From positions 3,712,001-3,776,000 of the forward strand of contig OZ001293.3 in assembly GCA_963921275.4 (NCBI GenBank): a DNA stretch of 64,000 bases. Direction: 5' to 3'. The stretch's first letter is position 1; each line of letters opens with the position of its first letter. The stretch comes from an uncultured Hormoscilla sp. Lineage in GTDB: Bacteria > Cyanobacteriota > Cyanobacteriia > Cyanobacteriales > Desertifilaceae. A program made the translations under genes and the position numbers. Shown here piece by piece: positions 1-11,071 of the stretch. The notes beneath the pieces are model-generated. The model did no database searches, was not told where the DNA came from, and was given only the letters and a program-made list of their open reading frames with translations.

Positions 1-96
1 GCTGATGATTTTGTGGTAATGCACGATGACAAAGAGAAGATAGAAGAAGCGCAGACGGTCATAGCAGAATGGCTAGGGAGGATTGGGTTAGAGCTT
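1..96 (+). pseudogene. Fragment of a group II intron-type reverse transcriptase (YADD region), cut by the window edge and truncated downstream
   Basis: Frame 1 reads ADDFVVMHDDKEKIEEAQTVIAEWLGRIGLEL, matching RT domains 5-6; similarity stops after LEL. Confidence 0.75.
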
Positions 97-225
97 ACGC
101 ATGTAGAGCCAGTATCGGACCGCTCCGGCACCCTTCAACCATTCTAACTTAACAACAAAAGACGCGACTAGAGCAGATCGGATATAAAAAGATAGGCATA
201 GAGTAAACCCACCCTGCGGTGGGCA

Positions 226-1060
<835 letters not shown>

Positions 1061-1471
1061 AATCTTACCTACTGGACCACCAACAAGTGTCTCCTAGTCT
1101 TGGAGACACAACTGTCCGACAGCCGCAGAGTTTTAATATGTAGGGTAGGCACCATCGGGTGCCTTACCGCTACCGGTGTTTTCTCAAGCTGTCCGGACCG
1201 AAATATTTCTGCTATCCCCGCCGTGAGCACGACCTCAGGAGCATGCCCGTAGCCCAGCCGACAAGATCCCGAGTCCATCCCCCAAAGCATATTGCCTGTG
1301 TCCCAGTCAAGGCTCGAAGAATACAATATTTAATTACCCCTAATGCTTGACACAGGGGTGAGAAAAGAGCAAATCACCTGGAGTCTCAAGCTCACACTTG
1401 TAAAGGGAGCACAGCATCACCAAAAGGAAACGTAGACGTTCGATATTAAGCTGCTATCTCACCGAATCCCT

Positions 1472-4168
1472 ATGTCAACGCTTGTAATTGTCGAATCTCC
1501 GACCAAAGCCCGTACCATACGGAACTTCCTGCCCTTTGACTATCGTGTAGAGGCATCAATGGGTCACGTGCGCGACCTCCCCTCTTCTGCTGATGAAATT
1601 CCCGAAGCTGTCAAAGGGGAAAAATGGGCGCAGCTGGGGGTTAACGTGGAGGCGGACTTTGAGCCACTTTATGTTGTCCCCAAGAATAAAAAAAAGGTAG
1701 TCACAGAACTGAAAAAAGCCCTCAAACAGGCTGATGAACTAATTCTGGCAACAGACGAAGACCGCGAAGGTGAAAGCATCAGCTGGCATCTTCTGGATCT
1801 GCTGAACCCGAAAGTCCCCATTAAGCGGATGGTGTTCCACGAAATCACCCGGGAAGCCATACGTAAAGCGCTGTCGGACTGCCGGAATATCGATATGCAG
1901 CTAGTCCACGCTCAGGAAACCAGGCGGATTTTAGACCGACTGGTGGGCTACACCCTGTCTCCCCTGCTGTGGAAGAAAATTTCCTCGGGATTATCAGCTG
2001 GGCGGGTACAATCTGTAGCTGTGCGGTTACTGGTGTTGCGGGAACGTCAACGTCGAGCCTTCCGCCAAGGTAGCTACTGGGACTTAAAAGCGATTCTGGA
2101 TATTCAGCATACCTCTTTTGAGGCGCGATTAGTTACCCTGGCAGGCAGTAAAGTTGCCACGGGCAGCGATTTTGACCCGGATACGGGACAAATTGCCTCT
2201 GGTAGAAATGTCAGACTGTTAAATGAAGCAGATGCCAAAGAACTTCAAGCCCGTCTGTTGGGTAAAACCTGGAGAGTCAGCTCCGTTGATGAACGACCGG
2301 TGACCCGCTCGCCTTCACCTCCCTTTACCACATCGACCCTGCAACAGGAGGCTAACCGGAAGCTGGGGCTATCGGCCAGAGATACGATGCGGACGGCTCA
2401 AAGTCTGTACGAACAGGGGTATATAACCTATATGCGGACGGACTCTGTGCATTTGTCCCAGCAGGCGATCGCCGCTGCCCGAGCTTGTGTAGAACAGAAG
2501 TATGGCTCTGAGTATCTCAGCCCGACACCGCGCCAGTACAAGACTAAAAGCAAAGGCGCGCAAGAAGCGCACGAAGCCATTCGTCCAGTGTCTCCTGAGA
2601 GCGCTAGTCGCACTACTCAGGAGACACCGCCAGCAGGTAGCAGTTTCCGCACGCCGTCTCTGACGGGTCTGACAGGGCGGGAATTTCAGCTGTACGACCT
2701 AATTTGGAAGCGTACTGTCGCGACCCAAATGGCTGCCGCCAGGGTTACTCAAATTATCGCCCTGCTGCTAGTGGAAGGGGCTGGCTTCCGTTCGACTGGC
2801 AAGCGAATTGATTTTCCTGGTTTCTTCCGTGCTTACGTAGAAGGTTCTGACGACCCAAATGCGGCTCTAGAAAACCAGGAAGTGATTCTGCCACCCTTAA
2901 AGGTAGGAGATCGCCCCAACTGTCGAGAATTAGAGGCCATTGGCCATGAAACCCAGCCTCCCGCCCGTTATACAGAGGCGTCCCTAGTGAAAACCCTGGA
3001 AAAAGAAGGCATTGGGCGTCCCAGCACCTACGCTACCATCATCGGCACGATCGTCGATCGGGGCTATGCTCAAATAATTAACAAAGCCCTAGTGCCCACC
3101 TTCACGGCCTTTGCGGTCACCAGTCTGCTAGAAGCACATTTTCCGGACCTAGTAGACACCCGCTTTACTTCCCGGATGGAGCGAACTCTAGATGACATCT
3201 CTACCGGAGAAGTGGACTGGCTTCCTTATCTGCGAGAATTTTATTGCGGAGAAACCGGTCTGTCCAATCAGGTAAAAGAACAGGAAAGCCAAATTGACCC
3301 AAAACTTGCTCGGACCGTGGAACTGGTTGGCTTAGAGGCCAAAGTCTGCATTGGCAGATTTGGCCCTTACATCGAAGTTGATAATGGCTCTGGTGTGCTC
3401 AAAGCTTCCATTCCCAAAGACCTTACCCCAGATCAGCTCGACTCCGAACAAGTAGAAGCGCTGTTGAAGCAGAAAACCTCTGGACCAGAGGAACTGGGTC
3501 AGCACCCAGAAACTGGCGATACTATCTATCTCCTGAATGGCAACTATGGCCCCTACCTGCAGCTGGGTGATGGCGATAGTGAGAAGAAGAAGAAGCCCAA
3601 GCGGTCCTCTCTACCTAAAGGCGTCACTCCCGATCTGGTCACCCTGGAAATGGCCGTAGGATTGTTGGCCCTGCCTCGCTTTCTGGGATCCCACCCGGAA
3701 ACTGATGCTAAAGTCCATGCTGGTTTAGGACGTTTTGGCCCTTATGTGGTTCACGACCAAGGTAAGGAAGGTAAAGATTATCGTTCCTTAAAGAAAGATG
3801 ACAATGTCTTGACAATTGATCTCCAACGTGCATTGGAGTTACTCGCTGAACCGAAGAAGCGACGCAATAGCCGCAGTAAGAAACCTTTACGAGAGTTGGG
3901 TAAACATCCATCAGATGGAGAACCAGTGAATATCTACGATGGGCGTTATGGTCCTTATGTCAATCATGGCAAAATTAATGTTACTTTGGCAGAGGGGACA
4001 GCGGTCGAAGAGGTGACCTTGGAGATAGCCCTAGAATTGCTAGCAGCCAAGGCTTCCACATCTTCAACCCGTCGCAAGTCGAGTAAGTCAACCGGGACTA
4101 AAAAGACTAGCGCCCGGCTTCCGGAGGGTAGTGCTTTTAGCGCTCCCTCCGGAGGCCACAAGCAATGA
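1472..4168 (+). CDS. topA: Type IA DNA topoisomerase I, carrying two in-frame 42-bp hairpin insertions
   Basis: LVIVESPTK Toprim start, [37 protein letters not shown]-terminal GRFGPY repeats. Confidence 0.98.
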   Translation: MSTLVIVESPTKARTIRNFLPFDYRVEASMGHVRDLPSSADEIPEAVKGEKWAQLGVNVEADFEPLYVVPKNKKKVVTELKKALKQADELILATDEDREGESISWHLLDLLNPKVPIKRMVFHEITREAIRKALSDCRNIDMQLVHAQETRRILDRLVGYTLSPLLWKKISSGLSAGRVQSVAVRLLVLRERQRRAFRQGSYWDLKAILDIQHTSFEARLVTLAGSKVATGSDFDPDTGQIASGRNVRLLNEADAKELQARLLGKTWRVSSVDERPVTRSPSPPFTTSTLQQEANRKLGLSARDTMRTAQSLYEQGYITYMRTDSVHLSQQAIAAARACVEQKYGSEYLSPTPRQYKTKSKGAQEAHEAIRPVSPESASRTTQETPPAGSSFRTPSLTGLTGREFQLYDLIWKRTVATQMAAARVTQIIALLLVEGAGFRSTGKRIDFPGFFRAYVEGSDDPNAALENQEVILPPLKVGDRPNCRELEAIGHETQPPARYTEASLVKTLEKEGIGRPSTYATIIGTIVDRGYAQIINKALVPTFTAFAVTSLLEAHFPDLVDTRFTSRMERTLDDISTGEVDWLPYLREFYCGETGLSNQVKEQESQIDPKLARTVELVGLEAKVCIGRFGPYIEVDNGSGVLKASIPKDLTPDQLDSEQVEALLKQKTSGPEELGQHPETGDTIYLLNGNYGPYLQLGDGDSEKKKKPKRSSLPKGVTPDLVTLEMAVGLLALPRFLGSHPETDAKVHAGLGRFGPYVVHDQGKEGKDYRSLKKDDNVLTIDLQRALELLAEPKKRRNSRSKKPLRELGKHPSDGEPVNIYDGRYGPYVNHGKINVTLAEGTAVEEVTLEIALELLAAKASTSSTRRKSSKSTGTKKTSARLPEGSAFSAPSGGHKQ
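2587..2628. repeat. 42-bp hairpin element in frame in topA
   Basis: GTGTCTCCTGAG / CTCAGGAGACAC arms around loop AGCGCTAGTCGCACTA. Confidence 0.85.
4116..4157. repeat. 42-bp hairpin element in frame in the topA C-terminus
   Basis: GGCTTCCGGAGGG / CCCTCCGGAGGCC arms around loop TAGTGCTTTTAGCGCT. Confidence 0.8.
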
Positions 4169-4216
4169 TTTGGCTAATGGTTAATTGTTGATTGAAAGGC
4201 AACCATGCCATAACAA

Positions 4217-5329
4217 TTAGCCATTAGCAAAATCAGGAAATACTTCTCTTAAGGCAGGATGAACTAACTGATGATTTTTAACATTCAAACCTTTAGCTAA
4301 AGCTGAGCTCTTATCCAAAGCTTTAACACCGTGATTGGCGAGCTTTAAGACATAGGGGAGCGTAGCATTATTCAGTGCCTGTGTTGCAGTCCAAGGCACC
4401 GCCCCTGGCATATTGGGAACGCCATAGTGGACGACGCCCTCTTCGATGTAAGTTGGATTAGTATGAGATGTCGATCGCAATGTTTCGACGCACCCGCCTT
4501 GGTCGCATGCAACATCGATAATGACTGAAGCTGGGCGCATCTGTTGCACCAAGCTTCGGGAAACGAGGACGGGTGCGCGACGGCCTAAGACTAAAACTGC
4601 ACCAATCAGCAGGTCAGCATCTGGTACGACAGCTTCAATTTGTGCGGAATTACTATAGAGTAATTCCACTCTGGAGCCAAACAGGGTTTCCAAATAGGAT
4701 AAACGCTCCAGGTTGACATCGACGATCTGGACTTGGGCACCCATGCCCACAGCGATCCGAGCAGCTTCTGTGCCGACAACCCCACCTCCTATAATACAGA
4801 CTTGAGCCGGTCTGACTCCGGGAACACCACCCAGGAGCACCCCTCGGCCACCCTGCTGACGCTCTAGAAACCTGGCACCGAACTGCACCGACAGCCGTCC
4901 AGCGATGAGGCTCATCGGAGTCAGCAGAGGTAGGGTGGGCGTCCCCGGCTGCCGTTTTGAGTCGGGTAATTCTACCGTTTCGTAGGCGATCGCCGTTACG
5001 CCTTCGGATATCAGATGCTCAGTCAAAGTCTTGTCAGCTGCCAGATGCAAGTAGGTAAATAACAACTGATCTAATGCAAGAAACTTGTATTCTGGTGGCA
5101 GGGGTTCCTTCACCTTCACCACCATTTCCCGGTTCCAAGCTGCTGACGGTGTCTTGACAATTTCAGCACCTACCTGAATATAGTCTTCATCCGTGAAGCC
5201 TGCACCGGCACCTGCTCCAGTTTCGACAAACAGTCGATGACCATTTTCAGTTAGAACTCTAACACTACTTGGACTCAAGCCCACCCTAAATTCCAGATCC
5301 TTAGTTTCTTTGGGGACGCCTATTTCCAT
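4217..5329 (-). CDS. ald: Alanine dehydrogenase
   Basis: MEIGVPKE start, VKVKEP, FTYLHLAA, IIGGGVVG Rossmann motif, DQGGCVET, NMPGAVP. Confidence 0.97.
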   Translation of the reverse strand: MEIGVPKETKDLEFRVGLSPSSVRVLTENGHRLFVETGAGAGAGFTDEDYIQVGAEIVKTPSAAWNREMVVKVKEPLPPEYKFLALDQLLFTYLHLAADKTLTEHLISEGVTAIAYETVELPDSKRQPGTPTLPLLTPMSLIAGRLSVQFGARFLERQQGGRGVLLGGVPGVRPAQVCIIGGGVVGTEAARIAVGMGAQVQIVDVNLERLSYLETLFGSRVELLYSNSAQIEAVVPDADLLIGAVLVLGRRAPVLVSRSLVQQMRPASVIIDVACDQGGCVETLRSTSHTNPTYIEEGVVHYGVPNMPGAVPWTATQALNNATLPYVLKLANHGVKALDKSSALAKGLNVKNHQLVHPALREVFPDFANG

Positions 5330-5408
5330 GCTACCTCTCGATTGACCATTTATATAGGTTTAAGTTTGAATTACTATAGAATATAAATAATTGTAACCAA
5401 CTGAAATC

Positions 5409-5579
5409 ATGACTGAACCAGAACCAACCACCACCCCGAAACTAGAAGATACGTTCTTTGGCTTCAATGACTACTCAGAACGCTTAAATGGTCGCGCTGC
5501 CATGATTGGCTTTATTCTGGCCTTACTGATTGAATTCCTGACAGGGCAAGGGCTGCTTGCTTGGCTCGGCTTCAATTAG
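5409..5579 (+). CDS. hli: High-light-inducible protein (HLIP/SCP, CAB/ELIP/HLIP family), 56 aa, absent from the ORF track
   Basis: MTEPEPTTTPKLEDTFFGFNDYSERLNGRAAMIGFILALLIEFLTGQGLLAWLGFN contains the ExxNGRxAMxG motif. Confidence 0.95.
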   Translation: MTEPEPTTTPKLEDTFFGFNDYSERLNGRAAMIGFILALLIEFLTGQGLLAWLGFN

Positions 5580-5939
5580 AACGCAGCCCGATCGGGGGGG
5601 TAATGATAATTTGAATAACAATCAACCCCCGATGTCCCTTGACAGGGGTGATATTCTATTTTTACACCCCTGTCAAGGGACATCGCCCCCACCTCCGGAG
5701 CAGACTAGTGCAGCAGGGCAGAAATATAGCATTTCTCAAAATGGTGAGGTACAGTAGCAACGTAAAAAAGTTGTATAGGTCTGACAAACTAACATTTTCA
5801 AAACCATCAGTAATTGCATGGTTCTCGGTGACATTTTTTTCTTATAGCTCTTTAGCTGCGATCAAAAGTTCTCAATTGGAGAAAAATCGGGAGAATAAGG
5901 AGGTAGATAGACTAACCGCGCACCTACTTGTTCAATAGC

Positions 5940-6560
5940 TGCTCTTATGGCTTTTCCATTATGTATTGTACATCGGTCCATGACCAGGCTCCTTTCCATA
6001 AACGAGGAACTAAATGTCTAACTATAAAAGCTTCAAAAGTTAAGCTATCATAAGAACCTAAAATCTTGAATGAACTCACTACTCCCTCGCTCCGACTATC
6101 GAAACGTTTTTTCCTCGCTTACTTGGCTTACTTCCATGGGCTCTTTGCGTGTTACGTTAACTCGTCCAAGAAGATTAAGTCAAAAGGGTCTATTCCTTCT
6201 ATTTCTTTCCAGTAGTCTACCCTTAATTTTTGGACTCTATCACTTCTGGATGTAAGGCTTTTTTTTTGACGGTAAATCCCAACTTCTTTATCATCCTATC
6301 TATTGTCGAACGGCTGACCACCGGTCTCTTTTTCAAGACTAGATTGATATTCTTCTAAGGTACAGTCATTATTTTCCTTTACTAAATTATGAATAATTGC
6401 CGATCCTGCTGGATGATTTTGGTAACAAAACTTAGAGCTACCCTAAATCTGCTCGCCAGTTTTATTTGTGATATATTCTCATTTTTATAGACCGATTTTT
6501 GTAGATATACTGAATAGGGTTTCATGGCTTTTTCCTCCATATATTCTTGACTCTCTTATT
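5940..6560 (-). pseudogene. Degraded IS630-like transposase remnant
   Basis: AT-rich interrupted frames with HTH/IS630-like pieces; boundaries approximate. Confidence 0.45.
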
Positions 6561-6599
6561 GTACCTCATGTTTTTGAGAAATGCTATAACTACCCAGTA

Positions 6600-8063
6600 T
6601 TACAAGCAACTTCTACGCCCTGGAACTTCCAGTTGAACGGTTTGGCCCAGCTAGGAATTGAAATACTCGATGAATGTCCGAATTTGCTGTTCGAGATCCA
6701 TCGTCGAGGTGAAATTGCCCCGTTTCAGTAAGCGTCTGACTAGAATCGAGAACCAGCATTCTATCTGATTTAGCCAAGATGTGTGTTTGGGGAGATAGAT
6801 AAAGCGAATGCGTCGTTGCGGGTCACTCAGAAAAGCCATGCGGGATGCCATTGACTTGAGAATGCCTGATTTTTCCTTCTCACCTAAATCCAGGTCTAAT
6901 TCCTCTCGTTTGGCCACCAGACGTACCAAAGTCTCAGACTTATGAGTGTTCAGTTGATCGACAATAAAGCACCAAGAAGCCAATGGGTCCGTATCAATTA
7001 CCTGTTCAATGTGTGTCGCCAAATCGGACTCTGTACACGTTGGTCCCAAATAGGGACAGAGCACTTGTCCCTGGGCAACATCCCAGGTGGCTATCAGCGA
7101 TCGTGTGCCGTGACGAATATAGTTGAACTCAATACGCTCGACCTGTCCTGGTTTCATAGAATGAGTTGGATATTCTCGTTCTAGCGCCTGGATGCCAGTC
7201 CGGAACGCCGGTGCTGACCACATGAGTCCCTTGGCTCAACAACTCAGGTGCATTTATATGCCACTGACAAATCTCCCGCACTTGTTGCTCAAAGGCTTGA
7301 CGGTCAAGAGGAGTATGCCACTCGCCAGTAGCGATTCCGGTGTGGCTTTAATGTAGCCTCATTTTAAAAAACGCCCCACACTGCGGGGCAAAATCTCCTT
7401 AACCAGTCCTCGTTTAACCGCCTCGTCAGCCAGTTCTCTGGGTGTCCAATGACTGATAGTACGATCCCTGCTAGCAGGTAGTTCACAGGCGACCGCCACT
7501 ATTTCGACAATTTGCTCTACACTGAACTTGCTTGGACTACCTGGGCGAGGACGATCACTCAGAACTGCTTCAATTGAGGGGAGCAACTGCTTAACCCACT
7601 TTCCGCACGACAAGTTGTAACATGCTAAGTAATACGTAATTTATCGGTTAGATTACTATTGCACTACTTTTTGTAATCCATATTGTATCTGATAATTTCG
7701 GAAACAGGACGTATATTTATTTATACGGATATGAACTTTTCGGTTCGTAAAATCACAAGCTGTTTGTAATCATTACATAATACATTTTGTCGTGCGGAAT
7801 GTATGCTTAATGGTTTCTACCTCCTGGTCGCAGAACCACTGCTGGCTAGCTTGATACCAAGGATTGCGCCATTCCCGTACAAAGCGTCGTCCCAGTTGTA
7901 ATTGCGACTCTATGGCGGTATTACTTTGACCATCGGCAGCGAGGAGAATCAGTTTAGCACGCTGCACCAAGCGATACGGTTTGCTAGTACAACGACTTAT
8001 CGATTCCAGACAGTCTCGCTCCAATTGAGACAGTACAATTGGGGTTGGCTTAGGGGTTGGCAT
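6600..8063 (-). mobile_element. IS630-family transposase, fragmented and interrupted by a MITE
   Basis: HTH (RAKLILLAADG), DRPRPGSP, YIRHGT, DQLNTH and LPKHTSWLNQIECWFS in separate ORFs. Confidence 0.85.
7591..7810. mobile_element. About 220-bp MITE, copy 1, bounded by TTAA
   Basis: Imperfect TIRs TTCCGCACGACAA / TTGTCGTGCGGAA; second copy at 9064-9284. Confidence 0.75.
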
Positions 8064-8106
8064 GGCAACTTAATAGCAATGTTTGTGTGAGCGGCACTAC
8101 TATCAA

Positions 8107-9567
8107 TAGACATTTCCAAAATATAAAATTCTGGTATAATAAGATTGAAAAAATTTAATTGTGAGGTTTAAGGAACATGATATATAGTTATACATGGACA
8201 TATTGAGAAGCACAAAGAAGCAAAGCAGTTAATCGGTATCAGTTATGAAAATTTTATGCAACTTATCATTTTAGCAAAAAAAATGAAAAAAAAGTATCAA
8301 GACAATGTATAAAAGACGAAAATTAGATTAATCGAACCAGAAGTCGGCGCCCAACCTAAATTATTAGTGGAAGATCAAATACTCTTAACCTTGATTTATA
8401 TACGACAAGGTTTGACATTTCAAATGTTAGGATTGCACCGTGAGCAAATCTACAATAATTATTTCAGTTATTGGCCAAAAATATTTTGAGCTCTTTGGCC
8501 GTTTGCTTGAACAGGTTAAATGTAATGGAGAAAATGAATAAATTTTAACAAATTTCTTAAAAGAGTATGAATTAATTGTAGATAGCGCAGAGCAAGCTAT
8601 TCCAAGGCCTAAAGGCTATGAAGAACAGAAAAAATTTTACTCCTGAGCAGGTAAGAAAAATACCATACATGGCTGCGCCCCCATCGCTACGCGTGGCGCA
8701 GCCATGCGCAGCGCTATCGAAAAAATCAATTTATTGTGTTGCCTAGTAGCGATAGCGAAGCGTGTGCAGACATTGTGAATATTATTCCTGGAGAGAGAGG
8801 TCGAAAAAGTGATATAAATATTGTGAGAGCCAAGAAAATTTTCATCGTCACTTGACAAGGGTGATTTAATAAGATATCACCCTTGTCAAGTGACACCGCC
8901 AGAACAAAAATTTGCAGGAGATCAGGCTTATATTGGAGAACCTCAAATAAAAACCCCCTTATAAAAAGCCGAAGAAACAAGAGTTAACAGAGTTACAAAA
9001 AGAAGAAAACAAATAATTTTCTTCTCGTTTTTGTGGAACATGTAATTAGGTTAGTGAAAATATTTAACCCACTTTCCGCACGACAAGTTGTAACATGCTA
9101 AGCAATACGTAATTTATCGATGAGATTACTATTGCACTACTTTTTGTAATCTTTACTAGCTCTGATAATTTAGTAAACAGGACGTATATTTATTTATACG
9201 GGTCTGAACTTTTCGGTTCGTAAAATCACAAGCTGTTTGTAATCATTGTGTCATACATTTTGTAGTGCAAAATGTATGATTTAAGGTTGCGGGGGAAACA
9301 TTTCGTTGAAATTCTGATAAATATAATTCAATAATTTCTACAGTTTGTGGGCTAGTTAGATTACGGATTGGTGCAGAAATTTTAGAAGTAGTAAGTAAGG
9401 GTGAATGCACCGAAAATTTTGAGGTTAACCAATACCATGCAATGGAAGTAATTTGTTGATAGAAACTCTATCAAACCCTGATGTCGCCGTTTAGATCACA
9501 TATGTGAGAAAGTGAGATTAGGCTTGAAACCCAGCGCTGGTAAAGGTTTTATTGTTGGAAATGTCTA
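8107..9567 (+). mobile_element. Decayed IS (IS5/ISL2-like DDE transposase pseudogene)
   Basis: TIRs TAGACATTTCCAA / TTGGAAATGTCTA; broken frames with ELIVDSAEQ and VEHVIRLVK motifs. Confidence 0.7.
9064..9284. mobile_element. About 220-bp MITE, copy 2, bounded by TTAA
   Basis: Near-identical to 7591-7810 and inserted in a different IS. Confidence 0.75.
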
Positions 9568-9591
9568 ATATCTTACTATAGTGCGTCCTAT

Positions 9592-9814
9592 CTGGGGGGG
9601 CGACATGCCTGCTGAAATCCTTACGAGCGTAAGGATTCCAGCCCATAATCTCCAACAAGATCCATGCTGTTTTGGGCCGACAGACGACGTATTTATAAGG
9701 GTTTGAGCTTCATAAAAATGAAAGAATGGTCAATTGGCGACTGTATCAAGTAGGAGCCAATTAGCCTCAAAGCCTTATCTAGTAAGCGTTTGAGTGCTCA
9801 TGTCGCCCCCTCAG
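9592..9814. mobile_element. 223-bp MITE with 9-bp target duplication
   Basis: TIRs CTGGGGGGGCGACATG / CATGTCGCCCCCTCAG; TSD GCGTCCTAT at 9583-9591 and 9815-9823. Confidence 0.85.
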
Positions 9815-10478
9815 GCGTCCTATACATTTGTCCAAATTTCCGATTGGGGGAGATAGAGGCGCTCAACCCTTTCAGGGTAAGGCTTGAGCGCCTTAAAAGC
9901 CAGTTGCACAACTGATGAACGGCTTGCTATACCGGGCTACCAACTTAAGCCGGACAGCCCATGCTGCTTTCAGCCCACAGGGATAGAGGCCGCTTGCGGT
10001 TGGTCAGTTTGTCCCGCGAATGCGTTGGTAGCCTTATACCGATCTTGTGTTCTACAAAATGTATTGCGCAATGATTACAGAAAAACTTCTCCAACAATGA
10101 ACTTCCGAAAATATGTAGGGTTTGCTGAAAAAGTCTCCAGATCGAACGTGGGAGGTCACACAGCGTAGAATTATAGTAGGTTCATCGCCTTGGTTCCCCC
10201 AAAAATCCGACGATAACTGGGGCAAGTGCTAGGTTTTTTAGTCTGAGGGTGTCATTTTCTTGCACATGTTGGGTGTCTAAAATGCCTGAAAACATTATCT
10301 GGCAAGGCTTCCAGTCATATTCAGCAAGCCCTATGTACGAATGTATTGGCAGCGGCCCAAATAGCCGCAGTACGGAAAACTTGCGTATGACTTATACTAC
10401 AAATTGTAGTGATAAAAGGCGGGTTACTGGATCTTTACTTCTGCTTGCTTGCACTAGAAAGATCCCTTCCGGAGCAAT

Positions 10479-10801
10479 CGGTGTTCCCTGGGTAGTGCGA
10501 GTACAGCGCGAGCGGTCTCCGGTAGTGCTTTTACGATGTCTCGGGGGTAGTGCAGCGCTCTGTATCTCCCCTTTTGTGCGATTACGATGTCCTCCCTTTT
10601 GTGCGATTAGCGCTCCGCGTCCCCTTTTGTGCGATTAGCGCTCTGTATCTCCCCTTTTGTGCGATTACGATGTCCTCCCTTTTGTGCGATTAGCGCTCCC
10701 GGAGGACATCGAGCGACCAGGAGATACAGAGTCCCGGGAGACCGCTCGCCCTGTCAGGAGATACCTCGCCCTCCGAGACATCGAGCGACCAGGGAACACC
10801 G
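10479..10801. repeat. Nested multi-layer cluster of the hairpin element
   Basis: Outer 13-bp IR CGGTGTTCCCTGG / CCAGGGAACACCG encloses several more left arms followed by right arms, with GTGCGATTA loop halves. Confidence 0.8.
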
Positions 10802-10892
10802 CACTGCTGCGCAGTCCAACGGGGACTGGGAAGAATCGAAGCAAAAAGCTATGCAAGAATTCTTAGAACATGATGGCTTATCACCGGACATC

Positions 10893-10934
10893 GATATCTC
10901 TGGGGAGCGTTAGGAGCACTACCCCAGAGATATC
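10893..10934. repeat. 42-bp hairpin element
   Basis: GATATCTCTGGGG / CCCCAGAGATATC arms, loop AGCGTTAGGAGCACTA, C|G flanks. Confidence 0.85.
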
Positions 10935-11071
10935 GGAGAAGCCGCAAAGGGAGCTTTAATAATCCCCAAGCTCGATCGACCTGAAACCCTAACTCGACGT
11001 GAGTTCGACAGATTGGACAAAGCTGAAAAAATGGTGGAGACTGGATTTGAAGGATTCTGGTCTCCGCCGAT

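Noticed and set aside
10479..10801. Possible CRISPR-like array in the CTTTTGTGCGATTA repeats
   Set aside because: Spacing is irregular and the intervening pieces are themselves palindrome arms; nested hairpins explain it better.
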